A stretch of DNA of 63,136 bases, the filler included, from Chiloscyllium plagiosum (lineage: Eukaryota), in assembly GCF_004010195.1 (NCBI RefSeq). It is 6 parts of one record of this genome, joined end to end, with 100 filler letters (N's around TTAATTAATTAA, not from the genome) between each part and the next. Parts side by side here need not be neighbours in the genome. Positions count along the whole stretch, not along the records: positions 1 to 24,527 come from NC_057715.1; 5 more parts are not named here. One strand, 5' to 3'. The number at the start of each line of letters is the position of its first letter. Position 1 is the first letter of the stretch. The notes beneath the pieces are model-generated. The model did not search any database. It saw nothing but the letters and a program-made list of their open reading frames with translations, and was not told the origin of the DNA. The position numbers and the translations under genes are program-made. Positions 1-11,485 of this stretch are shown here, in pieces.

Positions 1-236
1 CCTATCACCCTCACCTTGACCTCCTTCCAACTATCGCATTTCCAATGCCCCTCCCCCAAGTCCCTCCTCCCTACCTTTTATCTTAGCCTGCTGGGCACAC
101 TTTCCTCATTCCTGAAGAAGGGCTCATGCCAGAAACGTCGATTCTCCTGCTCCTTAGATGCTGCCTGACCTGCTGCGCTTTTCCAGCAACACATTTTCAG
201 CTCTGATCTCCAGCATCTGCAGTCCTCACTTTCTCC
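1..236 (+). mobile_element. Penelope-like element (PLE) pseudo-LTR / 3' end, family 1
   Basis: Pyrimidine-rich tract, CTGAAGAAGGGCTCATGCCAGAAACGTC hammerhead-like motif (one helix II mutation) and the terminus CAGCATCTGCAGTCCTCACTTTCTCC. The same sequence is attached to GIY-YIG coding DNA at 14575-15250 and 29572-30150. Confidence 0.8.
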
Positions 237-1139
237 CTGATTAGAAAAGTCAGCAATTTTACAAAAGGAAAGCCATGTTGACAAATTCATTACAGTGTTT
301 TGAAAATGCAACAAGTTTGGCAGATATACAGGAACCAGTAGCTACAAAAAATTGATATCCAAAAGGCCTTCAATAAGGTGTCACACAAAAGATTAAAACA
401 GAAACTAAAGGTTCATGGAGTTGGTAATGCTATACTGTAATAGCATGAATCGCTTAATGGACAGAAAGCAAAGATACCACAGAATTGGGGCATTTTAAAG
501 TTGGCACACTGACTAATAGACTGCAACAGGATTAGTGCTCAGTCCAAAACATTTTCCAATCTTTACCATATATATTTGTGTATAGGTTGAGTTTTGAAGA
601 CATTTTTTAGCTGAAATTAGGGTGTTGACTTATACATGTAGTATTGTTTTCGAGGGAATGAAATTCATGATTGGCTTGAGTCAAAAAATGGACAAACAAG
701 AGCCAGATCTCTTTCTAAAATAATAAACAACAAAAGGGAAAAGAATTACGGCCATTATTGAATACTTATCTACGAACTAACTGTCATCATTTTGCCTGCT
801 ATGTTAGAATGGTACTATCGTACTGTATTCAGTTACCATTACCGTAAAGTGCATCTAGGTTGACTCGTATGCACAAAAGTTAATAGACATGCCAGCAGGT
901 AGTCAGACAATCTACTGGGGCTATTTGTACAACACTCAATTGATGAAATAAAAACAGAGGAGCAGTAAAAAGAGAAAAAAAGCCATATTATTTTATTAGA
1001 AAAAGACAGCATGAAACAGTTAATAATGTATGATAAACATTTCACATCAAAAAACTGATATTCACAGCAAAAAGCTCTTCTCACCATACATCACAAATAT
1101 TATGGGATAGCTGCTTAAAACAAAAGTTACTGGTACATG

Positions 1140-2664
1140 CAAAAGTCCATTAGAATCCTTCAAATTCACTGCCCTCATCAGTTGCACCGCCGAATAATTC
1201 ATTCCAGTCATCTGGGTCAAGTATGTTGTTGTATGGATCATCTTCATCTGCACTCTCAAGGGCATCATCAATTGATGTGTCATCACTTCCATCTGACCAT
1301 AAATAGTCATCCTCCATACCATCCAAAGCATTAGAAATTCCACATTTTTGAAGGCTTTCACAATAATTTCAGTTTTCGCCCCCTTCCAGGACTCACCAAT
1401 CCACTCACATACAGTTGCAAGTAATGGAGCATGCATGTTGCTAACCTTTATGAAGCTTTTTTCTCCTGCTTGCATCCAAGTATCCCATTTCTTCCATACT
1501 AAGTCCTTAAAAGGTTTATTGATGCTAACATCCAGTGGCTGCACCATGCATGTAAGGCCTCCAGGAATCATTACAATGTCAGTATTGTTAGCTCGAAGTT
1601 CACTGATAACACTTTTGTTTTCACTCTTGTGTGATCTGAACATATCCCAAACCAGTAAGCTTTTTTCCTTTCTAAATCCACCTAGTTGTATATTCCAGAT
1701 CTCCCTAATCCAATCTTGCAGCTACCTTCATCCATCTACCCTTTTTCACGGACGAGGACAGCAATGCCTTTCAGAAATTTCTGTTTGGGCAGAGTTTTCT
1801 GCTTAAAAATTACCAGAAGTTTTAACTTTGTTCTATCAGCCATACAATCAATGCCCAGAGTGAATCAACTCCTTTCATGGCCAGGAGAAAGTGAGGGCTG
1901 CAGATGCTGGAGATTAGAGCTTAAAAATGTGTTGCTGGAAAAGCGCAGCAGGTCAGGCAACATCAAAGGAGCAGGAGAATCATTGCTTCGAGCATATGCC
2001 CTTCTTCAGGAAGAAAGGCTTATGCCCGAAACGTCGATTCTCCTGCTCCTTTGATGCTGCCTGACCTGCAACACAGTTTTAAGCTCCTTTCATGGCCAGT
2101 AGTCTTAACCAAAACTGTCTTGCTCCAATCTGGTCCACAGTTCTGTTCCCTGGCATATCAAAGTTCATTAGGGTTTCGTCCACATTGCCGATGCATGAGA
2201 GCCTGTACCCGTTTTTCTTCCGACTTCTGATTACACAGCGATGGAACTCTATTAACTTGTCATTAAGTTCTACTGGTAGGCATCAGGCAATCTTGGTTTT
2301 CTGTCTAATCACTAGATCGTATCTTTTTATAAACCACTTTGAAATCACTGAATCCATCTTTTTTTGCTTTGTTTTTGGTACATATTCTTATACATTGTCG
2401 AGTCACTCTGCTTCTGTTCTGATGACACTGAATTACCCAGTCAGCAATCTTTTCTTTTAGTTATGGCCACTTGTTCGGCTTTCCTCAGTTGGCATACTTC
2501 TGTTTTAGCATCGCCTTTAACTATGTGGCTTTTCCCCTCCATACTTGAACAAGTTTTTCAGAAACACAGAACTCCCTTGCAGCTATACTATTGTTGTTCT
2601 TCTCTGAAACTTCAATAACATTTAGTTTAAACTGTACTGTATACTTGTTTCTTCGTGATGCCAT
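1140..2664 (-). pseudogene. pogo-type DDE transposase pseudogene (Brinker-like DBD + CENP-B-type HTH + DDE_1)
   Basis: ATG at 2664 gives MASRRNKYTVQFKLNVIEVSEKNNNSIAAREF; later GNVDETLMNFDMP, and IPGGLTCMVQPLDVSINKPFK in ORF 1062-1643. Stops, frameshifts and a PLE insert disrupt it. 3' end approximate. Confidence 0.8.
1885..2083 (-). mobile_element. Short fold-back PLE pseudo-LTR insertion with 16-bp TSD
   Basis: CTCCTTTCATGGCCAG at 1869-1884 and 2084-2099. The insert is a pLTR end followed by an inverted partial copy. Confidence 0.8.
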
Positions 2665-3819
2665 TTTGTCAGAAACATTTGGGGGAGTTTTACAATAAGT
2701 TCAGAGCACAACTGTACATGGTACCTACTTTTAAGAAACTGAGGCAACACAAGATCAAGGGCTGCCATAAGGTACTGTAGATATTTGCATGCAGAGGTCA
2801 AATATATATATGTAAATATTACATAAATGTATGCAGTATTTTTAGTAATCAACATTCAATTTAATGATTTGAAAATCACGTTGCACAAATATATAATGGT
2901 GCACGTAGCATGTGATGATGCAGGTATTGCATTTGAATCAAAAATGTGCAAATTATGCCCTTAAGGCTGCATATATGGTCAATAAGAGACCCCTAGAAAA
3001 AGTAGAGTCGACTTATGCACAAGGTACATGAAAAATACTAGATTTTTAGGCCAAAAATAAAGGGTCAACTTATACATGATATCAGCCTATGCACGAGTAT
3101 ATACAGTAATAATGACTTAAATGAAGAGCCCCAGACTAAAGTATCTAACTTTGCTAATGATACAAAGCCCGGTTGGAAGGAAAGCTGTGTGAAGGTCATA
3201 AAGAAGTATAGGCAAGTTAAGTAAGTCAGCAACAAGGTGAAAGGTAAGAATTTAATATCGGGAAGTGTGAAGTTGTTCACTTTCATCGTAAGAATAGAAG
3301 TTTTTTAAATGAATGAAACTTGTAAATGTTAATATTTGGATGGATTTGTGGCGTACATTTACAAGGAACACCAGAAAGATTAGCATGCTGATATAGCAAG
3401 CAATGCTTGTGGCATGTTGCCCTTTTTGCAATGTGATTCGAATACAAATGTAAAGAAGTCATGCTGCAAGTGTTCAGGCCAAATCTAGAAGGGTCAATCA
3501 TTTTGGACTGAGGTAAGGAGACATTTCTTCACTCAAAATCTTTGGAATTCTCTATCTCAAGGTTATGGATGTGGCATCATTGGATATATTTGAGGCAGTA
3601 GTTGGCAGAGGTGTGTTCTCTCAGTGAATCAAGAGATAAGGGGAGCAAGTGGGAAAGGAGTTGGAGCACAATATCAACTCTGATAATATTGAGTTATGAA
3701 GTAGGCTGTGTGGTCTTCTGTTACTGTTTTTTGTTTATTATGTTTTTGACTTCAGAAAACACAATATCAGCCATGACAATTTTTTATATATATTCAAGGG
3801 ACATTAATGTTTCTGATTA

Positions 3820-4310
3820 GGCCTGCATTTATTGCCCATCCCTAGTTGTCCATGAGAAGATGATGGTGAGCTGCCCTCTTGAGCTGCTACAGTCCATTTT
3901 ATCTAGGAAGGACATTCCAGGATTTTGATTCAGTGACAATGAAGGAACAGCGATACATTTCCAAGTCAGAGTGGCAAATGGCTTGGATGGGAACCTGCAG
4001 GTGGTGTTGTTCCCATATATCTATTGCCTTTGTCCTTCTAGATGGTAGTGGTCCTCAATTGGAAGGTACTGTCTAAGAAGTTTTGAGGAATTGCAGCATT
4101 GTAGATGGTACACATTGCCACTACTGCGTCAGTGTTGGAGGGAGTGAACATTTGTTCATGTGGTGTCAGTCAAGCAGGCTGCTCTGTCTTAAATGGTGTA
4201 AATGTTTCTTGAGTTTTATTGAAGCTGCACTCATCCAGACATTATAGATGGTGAACAGTCTTTGGGTGATAGGAGGTGAGTTACTCACCGCAGTATTCCT
4301 AGTGTCTATT
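3820..4310 (-). mobile_element. 3' fragment of APE-RT LINE family B (same family as 25700-29290)
   Basis: Reverse complement matches the 28700-29280 tail (atttattgcccatccctagttg... motif). Confidence 0.7.
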
Positions 4311-4454
4311 TCATAACAGTCTAAATTATTAACCAGCTGTTATATTAAATGGGATTTGTTATAAAAATAAGATAAAGGTAAGATATTGTGCAATTCAGTA
4401 CAGATTTTACAGTCTGAGAAATGTTCACAAAGAATGAAACGTTATACCAGTCAG

Positions 4455-4690
4455 ATGTGGCAGCTGTGAGTCAGTTGTAGCACTCTCATGTAAATCAGAA
4501 AATTGATGTCAGGCTGTGGTTTCAGATTTCACTCTGGAGATTTGAATGCACAATCCTGGCTGACTATTTCAGTGCAATATCAAGCAGTACTAAACTGTCA
4601 GAGTTGCCATCATTCTGATAAGATATTCACTGGAAGCTTTGTCTGGTCTTTTGGATGAACGTAGATTACCATTCATGGCATCGTGATGTA
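4455..4690 (+). mobile_element. Old tRNA-derived Deu-domain SINE (SacSINE1-like), 5' part
   Basis: ggcagctgtgagtcagttgtagcactctc tRNA-like head followed by a decayed Deu-like core (ctgtcagagttgccatcattctgataagatatt...). Recognised by eye. Confidence 0.5.
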
Positions 4691-5299
4691 TAATTGGAAA
4701 GAAATGGCCCCAAGTGTCCTCAGCATTGAATCCAAATCCCATGAAGTGTCATGGTACCACATCAAACACTGACAATCAGACTGGTGATCACTTAACTGCC
4801 ATACCTCATCTGATGTATTAGTAGCTTCCATGTCGAAAACCACTTGGAAGATGCTGTGAGGGCAGTAGAATACAGAATGTGCCAGCGACTGAGTGATGCC
4901 CCCAGTGACTGAGGCCTGAAAGATATATCAGTTAGCAGGGGCCTATGGCAGGGGATGAGAGAGTCAATATAATATAAAAAACTATTTGACCTCATTCTCG
5001 CCACTCTAGTGTTGCACATTTTGTATAGTTCAAAAATATATTTTATTCATTGAAAATGTTTTTGTATTGTGGGACTGAAATCTGTGAGTGGCAGAAAATA
5101 GCCCCTTTATTCAGCAACTGTAAGTAGCACAAATTCGAAGTGGCTATAGAAACCCAAAATACAGTTCTTACACTAGCCTCTTTATATACTCTTCTTACAC
5201 ATATTAAAATTCCAATACTATAGTGTTATATTGTTTTATCTACAGTACATAAAGATTTGATGGGCTTCTGTCTTGGGAAACAAGAGATGGGTTAAAACA

Positions 5300-6253
5300 T
5301 GATTTGGATGCAAGCATAAGAGGTACAGTTAGTAAGTTTGCAGAAGACACCAAAATTGGAGGTGTAGTGGACAGCGAAGCGGGCAACCTCTGATTACAGC
5401 AGGATCTTGACCAGATGGACCAATGGGCTGTGAAGTGACAGATGGAGTTTAATTCACATAAATGTGAGGTGCTACATTTTGGGAAAGCAAATCTTAGCAG
5501 GACTTAGACACTTAATGGTAAGGTCCTAGAGAATGTTGCTGAACAAAGAGACCTTGGAGTGCAGGTTCAAAGCTCCTTGAAAGTGGAGTCACAGGTAGAT
5601 AGGATAGTGAAGAAGGCGTTTGGTATGCTTTCTTTTATTGGTCAGAGTATGGAGTACAGGAGTTGGGAGATCATTTTGCAGCTGTTCAGGACATTGGTTA
5701 GGCAACTGTTGGAATATTGCGTGCAGTTCTGGTCTCCTTTCTATCGGAAAGATGTTGTGAAACTTGAAACGGTTCAGAAACTATTTACAAGGATGTTGCC
5801 AGGGTTGGAGGATTTGAGCTATAGGGAGAGGCTGAACAGGCAGGGGCTGTTTTCCCTGAAGCATCGTAGACTGAGGCGTGACCTTATAGAGGTTTACATG
5901 GATAAGGTAAATGGATAAGGTAAATAGGCAAAGTCTTTTCCCTGGAATCAGGGAGTCCAGAACTAGAGGGCATAGGTTTAGGGTGAGAGGGGAAAGGTAT
6001 AAGAGACCTAAGGGGCAACTTTTTCACGCAGAGGGTGGTACGTGTATGGAATGAGCTGCCAGAGGAAGTGGTGGAGGCTGGTACAATTGCAACAATTAAG
6101 AGGCATTTGGATGGGTATATGAATAGGAAGGGTTTGGAGGGATATGGGCCGGGTGCTGGCAGGTGGGACTAGATTGGGTTGGGATATCTGGTCGGCATGG
6201 GCGGGTTGGACTGAAGGGTCTGTTTCCATGCTGTATATTTCTATGACTCTATG
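5300..6253 (+). mobile_element. CR1 LINE 3' part (RT C-terminus + 3'UTR), relatively young
   Basis: SKFA(E)DTKIGG and LVR.LLEYCVQFWSP (ORF 5559-5918); ends in the ctatgactctatg tail. Confidence 0.9.
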
Positions 6254-6889
6254 CACTAAATACTGACTGCTACTTCTGATTAGGATTAAGAGTGTCTGCC
6301 TGGTATGCTTCATAATTAAGAGGTGTTAGTCCTTTTGTCTTTTGTGTTAGTGAAAAATACTAGGTGTATCTGCATTAAATAAGTTAGAAATTGTTCCTGT
6401 ACTTAATAAAAGAATAAAGAATATTAAACTGATTACCACAGCTGGCTTGTGAGATTTGTTTAGTCTTTGTCAGTGTGAGTTTCATTCGTTCGTGCAATTT
6501 CATGGAAGTACTGTTTTGTTATTTAAGGGGATAGTGGCCTTATTAAAAGGTATTCAACAAGTACATACTAATTGGGGAAACTATTTGGTATTTCAGGTCC
6601 AAGAGACAGTTGGTAAGGGCTGCTTAATATTATAATGTTATTATACTCAATGGGGATGGTATTGTTTACAATACTGATACCTATTCAGAGGTAACTTTTC
6701 ATGTTGAATTAGGCCTGATAAGGGTTTAAGGTGAATGGGTTGAAATGGATGTTTTAATTTTAGTCAATATTGTAATAGTAAAATATACCACAAAACGTGG
6801 TTTTGTGAATGAATGAAAACATTCATTCATTCGTTGTAGTAAATAATGAGTTAGTAAAGGGTTGTGAATGAATGAACAGGGACCCCGTA

Positions 6890-7175
6890 TTAATCGATAT
6901 AGCAAATTGGTGAGTGAGTTAATAAATGTAACTTATAACATAATATCTCACAGAATATATATATGGCCACAAATGTAGTTCCATTCTGTATAGTAGCATA
7001 CCAAATAAACAAACAAATATTTGAGTTTGACTGTATCCCAACAAACAATAAGCTTGGGGCATCTGCCACCAGAGCGCAGTGGGGAAAGACCACTGTCTGA
7101 GATCTTCCTGCTGAAAGTAAATGGGAGTCTGTTCAATTATTGGATCCTCCTAGTGTCTCAAATGTGCAGTATGTA
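6890..7175 (-). mobile_element. Tx1-clade L1 3' fragment with 5' inversion
   Basis: 6900-7050 on the minus strand matches the 3'UTR of the 18480-19165 element; 7050-7175 on the plus strand matches the preceding ORF2 end (LGASA.RAQWGKTTV*). Confidence 0.65.
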
Positions 7176-8344
7176 AGTACCCTATTGTATGGGTAAAAAT
7201 CTGTCCGTGACAGCATTGGTGGACATTTACCACTACTTCATCCTTGTGGAGATGAATAGCCTACGCCTGCTCCTTATTCTTGAGTTCTTGACTGGAGCAG
7301 TCCAAGAATGTGGATTATCCCCTGTTATTTGCAAAGCTAATATAGTCATAAAAAGACAAATTATTCATCAATGCCATCATTAAGAAGGATATCGGCCATA
7401 TTTAACTGGTCAGCTCCATTGCTGACTCTAATTGTAAACCAATGTGATTGAGTCTTAATCTGTCATCTAAAGTAATCTAAAGTATCAAAGCATTTTAAAA
7501 AAATGTTCAAGGAGATACCACACTATAACTTTCTCAAGTCAGCTACAGATGAGTATTAATGTTGGTCTTATCATTGATACCTAAGAATGCATAAATAAAA
7601 GCAGGAGTCTTTGTATCCTTGACATAGAATCAGAGATTAAATATGTCTCAGAAGGAAATAAGCAATTTGATTCTGAAGCAGAAATGGAATGTTCTCTTTG
7701 TATAAATTGCCTAACTGTAAATATAATTAATACTCATACACTTTGGTAAGGTATATCAAAGTGCTAACACAACATGTTCTCAGTTCCTGTTTTCAAGGCT
7801 GTCTGTTAGATAAATCTAACAGCTCAACGTAAACAATTATCTGTAGAGCCTATAAACATAATCACCAGGAATTTCCATGGCAAGATGTCTGAACAGGGCT
7901 TTGATTAATAGACTGATGTTGATTAACAAAATTCCAGAGGAATTCCCAGTCTAACTTCTTCAGGATGGCTACCAGTGAATGTTAATAACAGCCACAAATA
8001 AGCAATGGCAGGGTTTGGATATAGTAACAAAATGAAAGACTCCCCCACCCCCAAATCAATCTCAAATACATAACTATTGACACTGGATCAAAACATCTTT
8101 AACTTAGTAGATTTTTCTGATCAGAGATCACACCGTGTTGTTGCAGATATATTTTGTATTACAGTGATTCTTAAAATAAAAACTTTGCAGTGAAAATACA
8201 GGGGCCTTAAAGGAGATGAGGCCTATGTGTGTTTGTCTTCCTCCTCTTCCTTTCCACATGCTGTCACTCATGGAGTTGGCTGTAGGCAACGTATCTGCTA
8301 CCATTTGACAGTTGGCTCTGACTCGCCATCACTTCATTCCATCC

Positions 8345-9020
8345 TTGTTCCTTGAAAGTGGAATCGCAATTGAACAGGATGGTGAAGAAGGCATTTGACA
8401 CACTTGCCTTCATTGGTCAGAATACTGAGTATAGGAGTTGGGAAGTCATGTTGCAGCTCCACAGCACATTGGTTACTTTTACAACACTGCATACCATTCT
8501 GGTTACCCTTCTATAGGAAAGATTTTGTTAAACTTGAAAGGGTCCTGAAATGATTTCCGAGGATATTGCCTGGCTTGGAGGGTTTGAGTTATAGGGAGAG
8601 GCTGAATACATTGGGTTTTTTTCTCTTGGAGCTGAGGGGTGACTTTGTAGAGGTTTATAAAATCAGGGAGGGCATAGATAGGGTGAATAGCCAAGGTCTT
8701 TTTTCCCTATGGTGGAGAAGTCCAAAACTACAGAGCATAAGTTTAAGGTGAGAGGGTAAAGATTTAAAAAGCACCTGAGAGGTAACTTATTCATGCAAAG
8801 TGTTATGCATGTATGGAACAAGCTGCCAGAAGAAGTGGCAGAGACGGGTACAGTTACAACATTTAAAAGACATTGGGATGGGTATATATGAATAGGAAGG
8901 GTTTAGAGGTATATGGGCCAAATGCTGGCAAATGGGACGAGGTCAGATTGGGATGTCTGGTTGCTGCGGATGAGTTGGACCAAAGGGTCTGTTTCCGTGC
9001 TGTGTGACTCTCTAACTCTT
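8345..9020 (+). mobile_element. CR1 LINE 3' fragment
   Basis: LPGLEGLSYRERL motif and a CR1 3'UTR/tail similar to 5300-6253. Confidence 0.85.
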
Positions 9021-10431
9021 TTGTCATACAATCATCTTATTGTATCAGATTGCCTGTCTAGCACCAGGAATGGATCGTTCGAAACTTCTTGAATTGAACT
9101 TTGCCAATATCAGAGCCATTTTTTTTTGCCCTTCCATGAATTGTCACTGACATCATGATTGTGCAACGTCTTGGCACCTTGCTGAACCACAGCTGAGTTT
9201 TAAGTCAAACATATTTTTCTATTACTAAAACTACTTGAATTCATCTCCCTCCCTTTCACAGCTGAAACAGTATTGGTGTTCTCTCCCTGCCTCTACATCA
9301 CCTCCTTGGAGGATCAGCATGCTTGCTTCACATTATTGAGGGTTGCCTCAGCATCTGTATACAGAGATAAAACCTTCCTCAGCATTTCAATGAGTCTAAA
9401 ACTTCCATTGCCTTTTCAAAAATACAAAATAACATTAAACACTATTTCAGTCAACTCTTTAGAAACTAGTGCAATTCCAAGTGATCCTGAGAGTAAGTCG
9501 AAGATTTGTTGGCCATTCATAGTGATTGTGTGTAAATATTGTACCAGGTTCAGTGAACTAGGAGCTGTTACATTACTCCTGTTGATCTTCCCTGCTTAGG
9601 TAACGCTCCATTTCCCCAATCATGAACAAACTCTCTTTTACTTCATCAATTGCTTCTGCCTCACCTCATCACATTTCTAGCATTTGACTCTCCTTGATAT
9701 TGCCTCATTGTGACACACAAACATATGAATTAAGAACAGAAATAGACCCTTTGGCTCCAAAGCCTGCTTCACCATTCAATAATATTGTTTATATTTCAAA
9801 TTCCACATTTGCATTTACCCCAATAGTTCTTGATTCCCGTGTCTCACCAGAATCTACCTGGAACTTTTTGGATTAGGTTAACAACAGACTTTCTGAATGA
9901 CAGATATCTGGTTTGCTGACCTGAGTGCTAATTAATTGATGAACAGCCTCTCTGTGCATTCCACATATTGTACTCACAGTTGCTTCACTGTCAGTCTGGC
10001 TTTGTTTTTTTCTTGCCCTTTTGACTAGGCAATTATACCCTTTCTTCATCTGGAACCATTTGTGATGGCTAAAATTAACTGAGCTGTTTCAGTGTAGGAT
10101 TATATCTACCTCTCCCCTTCCACCTCCACCCATCCACCCACCAGCAACATCACAATCCCACCAGCATTTTCAATATTGCATATATTTTATTGGCAATTCT
10201 CAATTCTATTGTCCTCCCCTTCCCATCAAATTTTAAATTTTAACTGTAATTATCTGGTGTCACGTCTAAAGCACCAGTAATTACTTATTTTGGCACATCA
10301 CAATCTGTACTCTACAATGAATCTCTGCATGAAATCTCAGTACTTATTTATCATGAAATGATCGTGCCATCTTTTGTGCACTAAGTTCTCTATCTCAACC
10401 ATTTAAAAAGCCTAACCGTGGACTTCCCATG

Positions 10432-10637
10432 AGAAAGAAAGACATTTAAAAAGTGACTTTTATGACCTCGGGACTTTCCAGATCCTTCACCAAAGATGAA
10501 GTATGTTGCAGTGTATTTAACAATAATAAGGTTAGAAACACAACAGCCAATTTGTACACAATAAGCTCTTATTAACAGCAGTGAAATATCAATCATCGTT
10601 TTAGATGTTGGTTGAGAGCTGTAAATGTTGGCGAAGG
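10432..10637 (-). mobile_element. Deu-domain SINE 3' half
   Basis: Reverse complement resembles the shark Deu-SINE tail (…cagccaatttg…acagca…gatgttggttgag). Recognised by eye. Confidence 0.5.
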
Positions 10638-10752
10638 GTTCTTATAGCACAGAGGTAGAGTCCCAATTCCTGGACCAAGAGGCCTGGTTTCCTGTCCCAC
10701 TTACCCCAGGGGTGTATAATAACAACTCTGAACAGGTTGATTTAGAAAATAG
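10638..10752 (+). mobile_element. Short (~110 bp) tRNA-derived SINE
   Basis: A-box/B-box-like head ending aacaactctgaacaggttgatttagaaaata. Further copies at 10780-10855 plus 11486-11530, ~42235-42340 and ~47215-47335. Confidence 0.55.
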
Positions 10753-10855
10753 CTTAAATTTAAAAAAAAGTTGGCTTGGAAGCTCTTGTGGCACAGTGGT
10801 AACGTCCCTACCTCTGAATCAGGAGGTCAAAGTTCAAGTGTCATCTGTTCTAGAG

Positions 10856-11485
10856 TGGTATGGACCAGACCAGACCCCCTCAAAATATATTAGGAAAGTG
10901 ACCAAGACTCTAACTTTTCTGATTTTAAATGCAAATGTGAGGGGCCGTGTTCCAGATGTAATTTGATTGGTTAAAGTACTTGATGTTAAGAAAAATAATA
11001 ATTTATTTAAACACTATAGCAAAAGTACGACAAAAGGAGGAGGAATTTGAAATAACTTAACTCTATTGAAAAACTTAACAAAATAATAGTTTATTTTACT
11101 AATAAACCGTAACTGTTCCAATATCGTAACATGCCATCAACACACCCTTGACAAAGAGGCAAATTCAGAAAACTGATTGTCTCACATGCAACTTGCATTG
11201 TAGGCAGAGAACCCCCAGCTTTTGGCTGGAACTGAGAGAGGGAAAGAACAGTATTTACTTCTTCAAGACTCTGACAGCAACTGCTGAATTTAAATAAAAA
11301 TCCTGGATCTGTGAGAGCTTGACCACACCCAGTCAGGCTGCTTCTATTGTTCTAATATTAACAAAAAGACCCCAAGGTCTCACAAGTTATCTATCTTCTC
11401 ATAATCTGCTCGCAACCTGTCTCCTAATCTCTTTCTCAAAGAAACCAGGACAAAAGGCACCACTTAAAGCCACAGCTTCATCACA
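10856..11485. mobile_element. Solo LTR (630 bp) inserted in a short SINE
   Basis: TG...CA ends and a 4-bp TSD (AGAG 10852-10855 / AGAA 11486-11489). The SINE halves rejoin when it is removed. Confidence 0.65.

Larger units (their letters stand above)
566..3106 (-). mobile_element. Full-span pogo-family DNA transposon (POGK/Passer-like), decayed
   Basis: 25-bp TIRs at 566-590 and 3082-3106 match 19/25, all mismatches transitions. TA duplication at 564-565 and 3107-3108. Internal transposase remnant. Confidence 0.85.
240..3720 (+). mobile_element. Old CR1 LINE reverse-transcriptase/3' fragment, split by the pogo element
   Basis: Degenerate RT motifs (KGK.C.TN..FE, QKAF.KV.HKRL) at 240-565. 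The ...IYINDL...SKFADDTK-like region resumes at 3107 and continues into CR1 3' sequence. Confidence 0.75.

Noticed and set aside
6805..6835. GAATGAATGAAAACATTCATTCATTC hairpin
   Set aside because: Inverted (GAAT)n microsatellite with no further structure.
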